Shown piece by piece: positions 1-13,415 of a stretch of 64,000 bases of DNA. Origin of the DNA: Tubiluchus corallicola. Lineage: Eukaryota > Animalia > Priapulida. The position numbers and the translations under genes were made by a program. Location: assembly GCA_030141605.1 (NCBI GenBank), contig JAQGDQ010000059.1, positions 434,001-498,000 on the forward strand. The letters run 5' to 3'. Position 1 is the first letter of the stretch. Every line of letters starts with the position of its first letter. A model generated the notes under the pieces. It was not told where the DNA came from. It saw only the letters and a program-made list of their open reading frames with translations, and made no database searches.

Positions 1-2722
1 TGCAGTCTGAGTATGTGTCTCGTGAACGTCGATACGGGACTATGACATTGCCAGCACCCTGTCCCAAACATCAAGGCTGCTTTACTTGTGAAATTAATGA
101 CCGGGTAATCGTTAATAATCACAAAATACATCAAATGATGATTATAAATTAGAAACTGATGCGCAGGTTTTTTGTCCAATAGCTAGTGTGCAGGTAACAA
201 AGTCATTATAGGCTTCATTGTTAATTATGACAAAAATGCTACAAGAATGAGGAAATCATTAACAGATTTCTAAGAAACTACTGACACGAAAAATGTTTTT
301 TTAAACATTAAGTGCACCACATTATGACGTCAGTACCTTTATTGCCGATAATAATGACGATATTAGCCTCTTTGTTATAATGTATGGGGAACATGCATAC
401 GACTCACTTAATTTCTCCGATCTAAGCAGTAACATCATTCTGTGATGTCACTTGCCTAACTTGGAAACTATATGACGTCGCAAAATTTTCCATACTCATT
501 CACAAAAATCTTGAAATGTTTGGAATCCGAATATAATATTATGGGCCTATAGTGACGTCACTACCTGCAAACTACCTATCAAACAAAAAGCTACGCATCA
601 AGTTCTCGTTTTGTATCGCCATTTGATGTATTTTGTAATTATCAACGGTTAGCCGGCCGTTAATTTCGTCATCACGTCATCACTGCCCTGGCCCTGGAAC
701 TTAGACCCAAAACTCTCCTAGGAAATGGTCGATTTCCTATTGGTTTTAGCACTATGTGGAACGAAACAAACATATGTAGTTTTTTAATGTTGTAGTTATA
801 TTTGAAGATCAGTTATAGAACGGCCTCTTTTCTTAACTGCAACTTTCTCATGGAGAGACAACTGTGAAAAGTTAAGCTGTTGTAGTTCACTTACAATCGC
901 AGAACTTATTTCTTTGGGATGCAATCATGAAAGGCGTCCATTATTAAATAATTTATGTTTTAAGCACACACGCTAAGTTTACACTTCATCATATCCAAGA
1001 ATATAGTGGTACACGGTAAGCACGTGGCATTGTTACTGTGATAGACAGCACTTTTCTCCCTAGCAGCAGAGGCTAGCATACAGAGTGTTATCTCAGACAT
1101 GTGCGCACGGCCGCATGCGCACAACAGCCAAGCACCACATTGCTCTGGTTCCGTACAAAAAGAACTAAAAAAGACTTATTGTATTGAATATTATCGATAA
1201 TAATGAGTGAAAATAGGGGGTGCTGCAGTACAACGGTACCTATAGACGAGCCGCCACTGCCTGGGTTACTAATTGTAGCCTAATGCAAATGCCCTGCTAA
1301 TAACAGCCAAGTGTCTATCTATGAGCGTTTTGGAATTATGTCTCCAAGTGATACTCCTAAGCACCATTTCGTGACGTTTTAGTGTCCTGAGACAGTGGGT
1401 CAAAATACAAAATTTTATAAAAATGTCCAAACCGCCGTTAGAATGACATAAAGAAACATTCCCGAAAGTTTGGCAGCTGTATGCAGTCAGTCCCCATTTC
1501 ATCAAAATTTGGCCTTAACAGACCGGACGGTAACATATCCTATCAGCAATATCGATTTACATCAATTTGTGAATTTACTAACTTAATCACCGAAAAAGAA
1601 TCTACTAGAATACTTATGACAAAATATATTTCTTACTCTCCTTTACATTCATCTGTACCAATATTTTGATAACGTTGTTTTTGGAATTTGACCCGTAATT
1701 TGTAACTTGTAATTTTTGTAATCCCTATTGGCTGCGGCTGAAAATAATGAATGGAAGGAGGCAACCAGGGTGCCACTTCATTCAACCTTTGCGCCACTTG
1801 TAGTTCACACCTCGTAAACATGATGATGAGAAGAACAAGAGTAGAAAATTAAAAGATTTGTTGAAATCCAAGAGTAATTGTCCGTACCATATTGAGTAAG
1901 TTAAGATGTTGTTAAAATATCAAAACATACCAACAAATAAACAAAAAAAACAAACAAAGAACCCCGAAAAAACAAAAAACAAAGCCCTTGTTTAAGTCAT
2001 AAATACTGTGGAGTTATCGTAGTGCAAAAGTGAGCAACCAAAGTGGTGCTAACGACAGTATTACTTATACTATTTCAGTCTTCAGCCTTCAGGTCTGATT
2101 AGCAGGCCGCTTTTTTGTAACCTAACATATCTTAGGGTTAATTGTATGTCAGGCAAGTTCTAACACGGTGAATCTCTATACTTTCATTGTCTTATTGCAG
2201 TTTGGCTATTCATAACTCAGTTTGACAAGAGCTTTCATTGACTTTCGGTAATTAAATGATATTACCAGGCATAAAAATCTTGAACATAAAGATCAAGATT
2301 ACGTCAAGCCACCAAAACCATACCAAATACGAATTTTTCGGGCCCAAATTCTCAAAAACCAGATATTGACATTGTGCAGTTTTGCAGGCTAAACCACTTA
2401 AAAGATAAAATGGGAAATGCTGTACATTTTGCATTTGAGAGTACAAAGGGTCAAACCTTAAACATGACATAAAAATGAATTTCTTGACCCAGAAAACCCA
2501 AAACCATATACTGTGTATCACTTTAGGTAGGCGGCGGCCATTTTGGATTTCCCATGTTTTTGGAAGAAGCATGAGGGCTAGACTTTTTATTTAACCGTCA
2601 TAGAAGACAAACCCACCGCTGAGAAACGAACCTTCGCTTTTTCACGGTCACAGAACTACTGATAACCCAACTATATATTTCTCCAAAATTACAGCATTGA
2701 CCCTACTAAAATAAACACCTAC

Positions 2723-5700
2723 TGAAAATATTCCACTTGCTGTGTCAACCATGTCCATTAATTCAAAATCGTACTCTCTGTCGCCTTCGCTGTTAATGTG
2801 TACCGTGCCAGATATGCCTGAAAAACAAACAGCGCCCTATGACAACGTCCATAATGGTAGAACTTCATAAAACGAGACTTTTTTATACAACTCAATTGTC
2901 TTTTACTAAGTTGTTTTTAATTTGGCATGCATATATTAAATTTATTATTACCATCCCATTTGACGGCACTGTAGGCATAAGTAATAGTAACAATTTAATG
3001 GACCAATGTGTCATGATTAATTTTGCATAATTAAAGTTGTCCTTTTTCAAAAATTGTCTCAAACAAAGCAGCAAGCTATTTTCGAAATAAATCGTACAAC
3101 TACGAATCCGAAGAGGAAAACAGAAACAAGAAAAGAATAGTTGAAAAGTAATAGCCAGGTTATTATTATTATTTTAGATCTAGCGAAAATATAGGCTTTT
3201 TTGAGAATGGGAAAAAGCAAGCAGAACTGTCTATCGATTTTCTTATTTTTACCAAAAGCTGTGTACTGACATGAGGATAACTGCATTACAAAAGATGATG
3301 AAAGTCAAATTTCTTCTCCTAATGCGTTGTTGTTTTCCAGTAACTTGTCAACATTTCAAGCAAAAGTTATTCCTCATCCGCACGTGCCGTACTGGCAAAG
3401 GCATAATAACTTGCATTATATGTCAGGTAGCAAGTCACATTTGGTTGTTCTTTTTGTTTTGTAATTCACACTCCGGTTGCTGTCTTTAAAAAATTAGCAG
3501 ACTAGAGGATAAAGGCAAGTCTGCACTCAGCTTTTAGAGTCTTATATTAGCATTCAAAATGAGTAGGTTTGGTCTTGCAACAACTACCTGCACTTAGGAC
3601 ATAACTGACCCTTAGGTCATAACTTAGGACACAACTTAGGACACAACTAACCCTGCGGTTAGTGCTGGATCTCAGCTAGCAGAATATGGAATTGCCATAA
3701 AACTCTCGTTTACACAGACCTACCTACCGCAGTTTCCATTAATGTCACATCATCCTAATCTTTTTTACTTAGTTACGCCAGTTTAAAGGCGGTGTCGTTA
3801 GGATGCGGTAATGTTCTTGTTTCTAAAAACTCACCTCTATAAGATGCGTTCCACATATTTTCTTTCAAGATGTTGACGTCATGAAAGCTTTTTCTCTGAG
3901 ATATTGTCTTGTTTACAGCAGACATGTAGACGATTATAGCATCATGGAAATTTGATGGTGGACTGTTTAACTATATAATAGCGAAACTACCATCGAAAAT
4001 ATAAGTGTATACACACAGAAATAAAAATAAACTAATTCTTTTGTGTTTGGTCGAATTTGGGTTACACTTATTGAGAAATACGGTCATGTATAAAAAACAG
4101 TATAACTAATATAGGTGTAAGCTACAAAGCAGAATTTACAAAGCATAAATCTTTTACTACTGTAGCGGAAACATTAACTACAGGGATTTACGCATAGCCC
4201 TTAACTTGGCAAGTTTCATCATTGAAGCAAAAGCAAAAATACAGCTTAAGTGCATCATTTAGAAGGGGCGAAAGACTTAGTTCATTTTGATTTGCTGGCA
4301 GCCAAGAGAGATGTTTTATTTCAATTAGGGAAATTACATCATACCAAAAACGAATCTTTTTTATGTCGGTATCCGTATTCTCGCAATGATTTCTCACTAG
4401 CTGTTTTCCGAAAGTCTTCAAAAACTTCTTTATCCTGGGAGAATTTTGCACGCCATAGCAGCAATGACTGATAAGCTACCAGAGCAATCTGAAATTGGAA
4501 AGTTTACATGTCCTTTTGTATTTTTTATATTCTCGCTGTCTTCACTGTGCAGAGAGAATCTTTAGCACTGAAGAATTGTGTACAGTATGTACATTGATGA
4601 TAACAATAGCAAAGTAAATGCGACTCACGGAAAAGGCGCAAAGGGAAAAATAGAAAAAAGGGATTAGTGTTTAGGTGCCTTTTTTCCTGTGCCATATTTA
4701 TCGTGTCGTTATTACGATGCCACTTTCCACATGCTCATATTGTACATTTTTTTTAGTTTTTCGCGACATAATTTATAGCCTACAAAGCATTATGTAAAGG
4801 CAGCAAAGGAGTTTTCTTTCAGTATATGCCACGATTAATCAATAATAATCTGTAGGCAAAACAGAAAATGATTTCTTTGTTTTTGGTCCAGGCCTATGTT
4901 GAAGAAAGCGTAATTTTAAACCCAAAATTTTCAATATTGGATCATTTAAATTTTTCATTTGCTAATCATTCATCTCATTTGGTGTTGGACCTTACTGGAA
5001 TGCTCTACCTACTGACAGGTAGATTCTTTAGTTATAAATTCTTTAAATTTCCCCTAATTCGCATTGTCAATTTATGAATGTATTGTTCTCTTACAGAATC
5101 ATTATCACGCGTTAATTTATCTTTGGGTCCTCTGTAAGGGCCTTCATTCTGTAGGACATTTCCCTTATATGAGCAAAAAAATTTTTCAGGACTTCTATTT
5201 CGCAATTTACCGTTACGATTTTTCCTTTAAATAATTCTGTCAGGTAGAGAACCGAACGAAAACTAATGAAACATCAAGTCTTCACGGTAAGTAAAACTTG
5301 TGGTAATTTAAAAGTCATAAATTGGGGAAATTAAGGTGGCAACTGGAAAAATAAGAAAAAATCAAACTTTCTGTAAGAATGACATGTCATTTGAATAAAG
5401 TTGGCTAAACGTGTTAAGGACTACGCGTAGAGAACATTAGAACTATGCAGATGAATGTGTGAAATCTTTAGTCACTTTTATTTTAAAACACCATACCCTT
5501 TTCTTGTCTTCGTTTCTGGTTTGATGAATCCATTCAGTCAGGTCTTCTGATATTTGTGTTGTGATGAAAGCAAACTCACCCGATGTCATGTTAAGCTTGT
5601 GTGCTGCACGCAGCACTTTCCACAATACGCCGGGTTTGAGAACAGAAAGGTACACAACTAGAAAGGTACAATAGAAGGCAGCCATATGAAAAGCAGAAAG

Positions 5701-8700
5701 TTTTCAAGTTTTTCATGTTTACCGCACATTACCAAGCTCCATTGTGAATATGAATGCAAATATTTTATTTCTTTTCGGTATTAAAGTTTTAATATTACAG
5801 ATCTCACCATGAAACGTAAGATCGCTAAACGTCATTCAATAATAAAAAGAATTATAACTGTAAGTATGGACTTTTTTGAAAATGCTTCGTTCTTGGTTAT
5901 AAAAACTTTCATATATCGGTTAAGATTAATAAGTTAATGATCAGGCGATTTAAGTAGTAACAACAGTCCAATCGAAGTGAATGAATTTAATAAATATTCG
6001 CAGCATTATTTGCTAGTACGTCACAACCACACACACATACACCTTCCCAAAAAAGTACATGTTTAGGATAATTATGTGTGATGTGTTTCAGTTGCTACAA
6101 AGCGAAGAAGGGAGAAAGAGAGAGAAAGAGAGAGAGAGAGGGGGGGGAGAGAAGGGGAGAGGGAGAGAGACAGAGAGAGAGTGTGTGTGTATGTGTGTGC
6201 GTGCGTGCGTGTGTGTTTGTGTGTGACTGAGCATGCTTTGCCTAGTAATTGTGTATCTTTCGTACTTCGTGAATAGTTGGCTTCGTTTCTGAGCATTTGT
6301 TCGTAGTCAGAAGACTGAAAAGTTTTTCCATCAAAAAGCTGTAGATGAGTTACGTAATCTTTTTCTCTTGCAAGCGCTGCGTTGAAAATAGCCAAACCCA
6401 AAGTATTAGCCAAAGATTGAGAAGTATCTACGGTAATGGAAAGATGGCGCCAAGAAAACTGCTCGAGTAAGTTGAAAACGCGAAGCACTATCTCTGGAGC
6501 TGAAGGTCCTACGCGTGTTAGCGTTGTGTATTGGTCTTTATTCACTATTTGAGCTCCTGTGCCCGTTAAAACAGGTATGTTCCAGTCAGCGGCCATTGCT
6601 GCAACTTGTACAGCTCGCGAGTTACATGCGGGACCTGAAACGAAATGAGGATTAAAATATGAGGATTTTAAGGATTGCAGATACAAAATGATGAAAGTCA
6701 ACTGCCATACACATTAATCGCCACAAATATGTTAACCACTCATTTGTGTACTGTGGTTACTGACTGGCAGTCCACATAAATCTAAATTCAAAAAGTATTT
6801 AAAAAAGCGTTCAAAAACTATTTCAAAAAGTGTTAATTTAGTAACTGAACCCGCTCGTTCGAGAAGAAATGAGGAAAATGAAAGGAATGATACTAGTGAA
6901 ATTTCTTAAGTAAAATTTAAAGATCTTTCTTTTAATTGAAGTCACATACACGTGCTGCGCTGAAATTGAACTAGAGATATCCCTTTAGCATTTCATAGAC
7001 TTTACGATAACAACTCTCTACTAAAACCACTGGTCGAGGAACTCGTTTAACTCGAAATGTGGATTAGAAAATGGCGTTAATGTCGCCTTTTTGAATTCAA
7101 AATAGCAAACGGAAATCCGACTCTGTCAATCGATGACTGTGAGCAGTCATTTGTTCCATTTTACAATGTAAATAATACTGAATCAATACTTCATTCTCCT
7201 GATTTTGAGAAAACTTCGGTGCTCCTCTCACAATTTGACCCAGAAAATGAGCTACCTATAACTTACATTAGTAGGAAGCTTTCAAAAGTATTCAACATTT
7301 GAACAAGAGCTTTTGGCAATTGTCTATTCAGCTGAAAAACTTTCTTTTTACTTAGTTGATAGAAGATTTGTGATCAAAATAGCTGCAAAATTACTTGCAA
7401 AACATGAAAGTTAATAACAAGAGAAAGGCTAGACGAATGTTGCTCCTTCAAGTGTATACTTTCACACTTGAGCACATTCCTGCAGTAAAAAATGAATGTG
7501 CTGATGCTCTTAGCAGGCTGTCAATACTTTTGTCACTATTTTAGATAGAAGAGCACAATTTTTTCCTTGGATAACTTTGGAAACTTTAAATCAAAGACTT
7601 CGGAAAGTTAATCCTTAAATGGACATAAGAAAAGAAAAACGGAGAATACTAAATATAAAGTTTCCGCTTACAAAAATGCGACTTTCTCCAACATTTCCAT
7701 TTCATTTCAATTGAGAATTACCTTTGTGGAAATCGAAGAATACTTTACCTATGAAGACATCAGTGTGTTCAGTGAAGTAAAGATCAGCAGCAATGGCGGC
7801 AGCTGAGCCTGTAGCACAGTAATGGTGAGCCGTTAGCACCTTTGAGTGATTGGCGATTTTTTTGCTATGATCAAGGTCACGCCTCAAAACCCTAGAAATT
7901 AGTCATTTTGTAGTATTACCTAGATACAGTAGGTATATAAGTATAACTATAGTAACAAAGGGGTTAAAAACGCAAAAAGCAAAATGGCCACCAAGTTTTT
8001 GTCCACCTGACGTAAATTAAAAGAAATTTTCAGATTAACTGTTTCACCTAATGATTTATTATAAAAACAAAGCAAATCATTTTTGTTAATCCAATCTTGT
8101 TGAATCTAAATACGGCAAGTCTAATAACAGGATGCAATAAAAATAAGCAAAAAAGAAAAGTGTCCAAGGAGGCCGCCACTTTCAAGATGCGCAACAAGAT
8201 TTCTATAGCTAGCATATAAAGGTGACATCATTGTTGTGAGGGCAGATAAGATGACGATTTTTGTGAATGTAGTTTTTCAAGGTCAAGGAATCCGCATCTG
8301 GTGCTCTGGTGCCCAACAGTTTGGCATATGTTGAAGGAATTGACGCCAAAAAACCTTTCCTTCTAGCGAACAAGCCTTTACATGCTTTGCAAACTGACAT
8401 CAATGTGCTAGCTTTGTCATACATAAGTACAACAAAATGAATGTTCCAAAACAGGCATGAGTTTAGTCAATAGTTCTGTTCTAGTAGTGTTTCTTAAAGG
8501 TACAAATGCTTCTGCTATGTGGGCCAAGTCATCTTTTCCTGTCTTTCTGTAAAATCTGAAGTTTGGTGGCATATAGTACTGTCATGGAGTCTAACAATAG
8601 TCTAACAACAGCTTAACATGTTTATTGTAGGTTTGAATGTTTATTGTAGAAAGATTCTAATCGTGACTGAATGATGCTTTTTCTATGAATGCCAGTCGTA

Positions 8701-10643
8701 AGAGTCATTATCATTTCCTCAGAGTGGAAGTTCATGCGACTAACTAATAAATCTATCTACACTTTACTAATTTACTAATTACATTTATCAATATAGTTTT
8801 CGTCTGCCTTACTGCTCCTGCTATACCTTTCGTTGCGTGAGATTAAAGACACTTCTGCCGCCCAATATGCTCTTCAATAAGCTGTTCCTTATTAATTCAA
8901 TGGGATTCTTGAAATTTAGCCTATCTTTACTAGGCAAAACACTTATACAAATACTCACTTGAGGAGGACGTCTTTAGGTAAATACTGACTCTTCTTCGAC
9001 AGAGCGATTTCTATAACCGGGCCTAAACTTGCGAAGCCCAAACGGGACTGGTTGTTGCCACTCAGAATAACCGACATGTGGATTACATTGTAATCGTGCT
9101 CATCTTTATCATGACTGTGGCGAGGTTTACTAACTGAGTGGGTTTCTATTATCACATCAATGTTTTGCGTGTCCCCAGCTTGGAAACTATGATGATCGTC
9201 ACTGTGTGCTTGAAAATCCACTTTGTCTTCACGGAAATTATGTATTTGTGATCCATGGTTAGGATCAGTTTCATCGTGATGGTGAATGACCGGATAATTT
9301 CCTCGTGAGGTGTTGTGTACATGGACCTTAACATTACTTCCATGTGAACTATCTATACGACGATGGTAGTCATGTTCAAAAGCTGCATTGTCGTTCCAGT
9401 TCTGATGACTTTCGTGTGAACTATGGCGATCGTCATCGTTTTGTGCATCCTTATGTGAATTATGATCATCATCGTTGTGTGCATCCTTGTGTGAATCATG
9501 ATGATCATCGTAGTGTGCATCCTTATGTGAATCATCATCATCATCGTTATGTGCATCCTTGTATGACTCCTGATGATCATCGTGGTGTGCATCCTTGTAT
9601 GACTCCTGATGATCATCGTGGTGTGCATCCTTGTATGACTCCTGATGATCATCGTGGTGTGCATCCTTGTGTGAATTATGCTCAACATCATGGTGTGTAT
9701 CCTTGGGTGAATTATGATCATCATCGTGGTGTGCATCCTTGTGTGAATTATGATCATCATCGTTGTGTGCATCCTTGTATGTATCCTGATCATCATCGTG
9801 GTGTGCATCCTTGTGAGTATCATGATCATCATCGTCGTGTGCATCCTTGTGTGAATCATGATCATCATCGTTATGTGCATCCTTGTATGTATCCTGATCA
9901 TCATCGTCATGTGCATGCTTGTGTGAATCATGATCATCATCCTTGTGAGAATCATGATCATCATCGTTGTGTGCATCCTTGTGTGAATCATGGTCATCAA
10001 CCTTGTGAGAATCATGATCATCATCGTTGTGTGCATCCTTGTGTGAATCATGATCATCAACCTTGTGAGAATCATGATCATCATCGTTATGTGCATCCTT
10101 GTGTGAATCCTGATCATCATTGGGGTGTGCATCCTGGCGTGATTCATGATCATCATCGTCTTGTGCATCCATGAGTGATTCATGATCATCATCGTCGTGT
10201 GCATCATTGTGTGAATTATTATCATCATCATTCTGTGCATCCTTGTGTGAATCATGATCACCGATGTAGTGCTCATCCTTGTGTGCGTCATGATCGTCTT
10301 GGTTATGGTCATTTGTGAGTGAATCATGATCATTTTCGTCATGTGAGTCAGAATTCGCGTTGCTCTTTAGATCACCGTTGTGGTCATCATCTTTTTTCCT
10401 TGCGCCACTACCAAATTGCAAGCCGTCACTGCTATTATGTGCATTACCATAAAAAGAATCATCAACACCACGAGAGTTATTATCACTATGAGATCTATCA
10501 CCAAATTGATGGTATGAATCGTCGTGATATGGAGCAAGTGGATGTTGATTTTGTTTACTAGAGCCGTCGTTAGCAAATGATATCACCTCTAATGTCAAAT
10601 GAATCAACAATGTCGCTTTTCTCAAACAAGCAAATTTCCACAT
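2723..10643 (-). CDS. Natriuretic peptide receptor / receptor guanylyl cyclase-like protein, extracellular ANF-receptor (periplasmic-binding fold) domain; 5' partial gene, 7 coding exons, continues beyond window start
   Basis: Exons 10643-8959, 7891-7749, 6634-6266, 5657-5497, 4488-4345, 3970-3835 and 2817-2723 join through GT..AG sites with consistent phases (2,1,1,0,0,1). The spliced product has NPR-type motifs: GPVIEIAL, DVFIGPAC, AADWNIPVLT, YTTLTRVGP, FSWRH, SRIVYL, LRAAHKLNMTSGEFAF, FHDAIIVY, MWNASYRGISGTVHINSEGDREYDFELMDM. The TM, kinase-homology and cyclase exons were not found in the window. Confidence 0.88.
6110..6225. repeat. (GA)n/(GT)n compound microsatellite
   Basis: Visible dinucleotide tracts in the intron after exon 3 of the receptor gene. 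Confidence 0.85.
7180..7520 (+). mobile_element. Degenerate Ty3/gypsy LTR-retrotransposon pol fragment (RNase H-like region)
   Basis: Frameshifted translation reads ILHSPDFEK..LSQFDPENELPITYISRKLS..YSTFEQELLAIVYSAEKLSFYLVDRRFVI..RKARRMLLLQVYTFTLEHIPAVKNECADALSRL, the characteristic gypsy RNase H motifs ending in N-x-x-ADALSR. It lies in intron 2 of the receptor gene, antisense to it. Confidence 0.85.
9400..10330 (-). repeat. Coding minisatellite, 36-nt unit encoding HKDAHNDDDHDS-like 12-mers
   Basis: Tandem units such as GTGCATCCTTGTGTGAATCATGATCATCATCGTTGT on the + strand, in frame within exon 1 of the receptor gene. Confidence 0.95.
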
Positions 10644-11143
10644 ACTTGGTGTTTAACTCTTTGCTAAACAAAACTATTGTAACAATTTTAAAGTGCCTTG
10701 CGAAACAAAACCATAAGGGCAAAAAGCAAATGATTAGTCTACGTATTGAGTGCGATGCAATGTTATTATTGGCACAATAATGAAGCTTAAACAATTTCAG
10801 TTTATTGCCTAGTTCAACATCGTCACACTTGCAAAGTAAACGCAGTGATAATGCTTGTAACATGAGGCTTCTCTCTTACCTGTCCTTAAGTCAGGCAGGT
10901 ACGTGAATCTAAGTTACTTGAAGCTGGCAGTTCCAATTACATGTACTCGGTGAATTTAGGAATTGCGCATGTCAGCTGCTAATTGTTTTTACTCAGATGT
11001 TAGTATGCGTCATAAGGGCCTTCTGTATTGTCGAACACCAATAAATTTGTCTTCCTAAATCTTATAATAAGAGCAGTGCACAATGTCAGTGCATCATATG
11101 AAGATGTCAATATCGTCACAGTGAAAAGAGTGCTGCTTCTGCA

Positions 11144-11335
11144 GGCAACAACAGCAACGACAACAACAACGATCACGACGGCAACTGTAGCAGTAACAGT
11201 AACAGCGACAGCAATGGCAAGGCAGCAACAACAATATCCGCAACAGCAGCAGCAGGGCAACAATGACAGCGACAGCAACAGCAACAACAACAACAACGGC
11301 AACAGCAACGCAGCAGCAACAACAATCCCAACAAC
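11144..11335. repeat. Degenerate (CAA/CAG)n trinucleotide repeat
   Basis: Visible low-complexity tract that produces several spurious ORFs. Confidence 0.8.
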
Positions 11336-13415
11336 CCGATCGAAGAAAGTAATGCAAAATGCTTTGAAGAAAGAATAAATTTAGAAATTATGACCAACTG
11401 TGGTTAAATTTTGTGTTTTTTAGCAGAATTTCAGAAAATCTTTATCAGTGATGCAAAAACAAAGAAAGGACGCACAAGAATATTTGTGAATGTCTTTTTT
11501 CAACATGCAAGTAAAATCACTTACTCTAGTAGCCTAGGTTGCAGCTAATACTGTAGATTTTACGAGAATAATTTTACTGGCAATGCGTACTGTCATAGGA
11601 TTCATAAGTATTGTAGATCTGCTGTAATTAAGTATCAAATTTCATGTCTTCCAAGCAAGTCAGTGGTTGTTGTACTGGGAGTCACAGTTAAGAAATGAAA
11701 CACGTACACAGGTCCAGAAAAATTAGAATCGGTTGGTTAGTGCTGGCGTCAGGGGCTCCTGCTGATGTTCTCTTTGAAGCAATTTATTGAAGTCACAGTT
11801 AACAAGGAAACAATTTTTAGTAAAGAATTTTTTAAATTAGAAGCCTTTGGAACAATTGAAACAAGCAAATTATAAAAAAAGATTTTCATTTCGGATGTTT
11901 TGTTTACATTCGGTAGATGGCGCTATATTACAGTTACTAATAGAGTGCCTATAGCTGCCAATACATTGAATATTTATTTTGTCAATGCATGCTGCGGACC
12001 ATTGTGGTTCACTGTTTGTAGTAAACAAACTTTAAATGGCCCATCATAACCCATTGCTCTAAAATACGTCCCGTCGCAGAATAGCCCAAACATGTTTACT
12101 GAGGGATTTTTGGGACCTTATTTTTTCCCAGGCGACTTTCTTACTGAAAGTTTTATCTGTACAATGTACCACTCTCGGCATTGCTTTGTAAAATTTCTAC
12201 TTCAGCGGTTATTCAGAGTAGGGCAAAGGACATTTTGGGAAACTTAAGGTCATTCTCTCTGTTTCTTTTTGAGATGAGTCCGTCACGATGCCACTGGCAT
12301 ATTAAATAGGGTTATAACTAGCAAATGCGTGCTCATAATAACTTTGTAGTGCTAATAAAATATGTAATCTCCGACGGCATTGTTACTTCAGGTGCCCTGG
12401 TACGGCCAATAAGTTGTTTTGTTTGTGAACTGGCGCCCTGCCTTGACCTCAGATTCGCCTTTTTATATAGTTATGTAGCTCTTAATATTTTCTGACATTT
12501 TTATTATCGAAATAGCTGAACAGTATTAAAACATATAACTAACTAATGAGTCAAGCATACAAGATGACTATGAATTAAAGTTTACTGATGCAAGATGAGC
12601 AACTAATATAAGTGGACGTACAGACTGCTATGATTTTAAAACTACTTGTTTCAGTAACAACCGTTGTGGAACCTATAAATGATATCTAGTGACACTGAAA
12701 CGTGTAGCCATTATACAACTTTTATGCGTGTCTTAATTATTTTTATAATGTTAATTCTTGTTAATCAACAAAATTACCTAAAATTAATTTGTAATGCAAG
12801 TTTCGTACACTATATTAACAAGTCGTTTATGTACAAAACTATACTATAAATTTATTATGTCTATTATTGTCAATAGTTTGTGAACAGACTGAAGAATTCC
12901 AATATTATTATACGAGAGAAAAGCACTTTCGTTTTTTCCAAAAAAGTCTTGTGAAGCCGGTTTTTGGCAAAAAGATGAAAAACAAAGGTGTATAAAAAAC
13001 CAGTAGTTTTACCTTACCAAAACTAGGTAAAGCCTTAAAGGCTTTATCTAAAACGTTTAATAAATAACGTCTTATAAACCTAAAAATTTTCAAACGTAAT
13101 TTTTATCAAATTTAACTACTTTCTACAAAGTCTGCGCGTTTTAGATAACAAAAATAATGATGAATGACGGCTTCAATTAATTAATACAAACTTAGACAAG
13201 CGTGCAGCTTTGAATATAAGTTCGTCGTACACTTTTCAAGCATATATACAGAATGTAAATGTGCAATCTGGATCGAAGAACTGCCTTTGCAAAAACGTTT
13301 GTGACCCGGTAATCGTCTCCGCTTTTCTATTCATGTTAATAACTCAATACTTGTAGGAAACCTCTCTATAGTAATAACAACAAATCATTGTACTCAGGCC
13401 AACTACACAATGATA

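Noticed and set aside
320-560. Clustered TGACGTCA (CRE-like) sites
   Set aside because: They are intronic and embedded in repeat-like sequence, with no promoter evidence.
1-2722. Further exons of the receptor gene (juxtamembrane, TM, kinase-homology, cyclase)
   Set aside because: I found no convincing in-phase exon with the expected motifs. They probably lie beyond the window start, so cyclase activity cannot be confirmed here.
9400-10330. CRISPR-like appearance of 36-bp repeats
   Set aside because: The units are contiguous with no unique spacers, lie in frame in a eukaryotic exon, and have no cas genes nearby.
9344-10342. Overlapping 276-aa (+) and 329-aa (-) ORFs
   Set aside because: These are alternative-frame shadows of the 36-nt coding repeat. 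Only the His/Asp frame has a signal-like start and joins the receptor exons.
11000-11397. Poly-Q/T/N/L/C ORFs
   Set aside because: They are produced by a degenerate trinucleotide repeat and have no splice or domain support.
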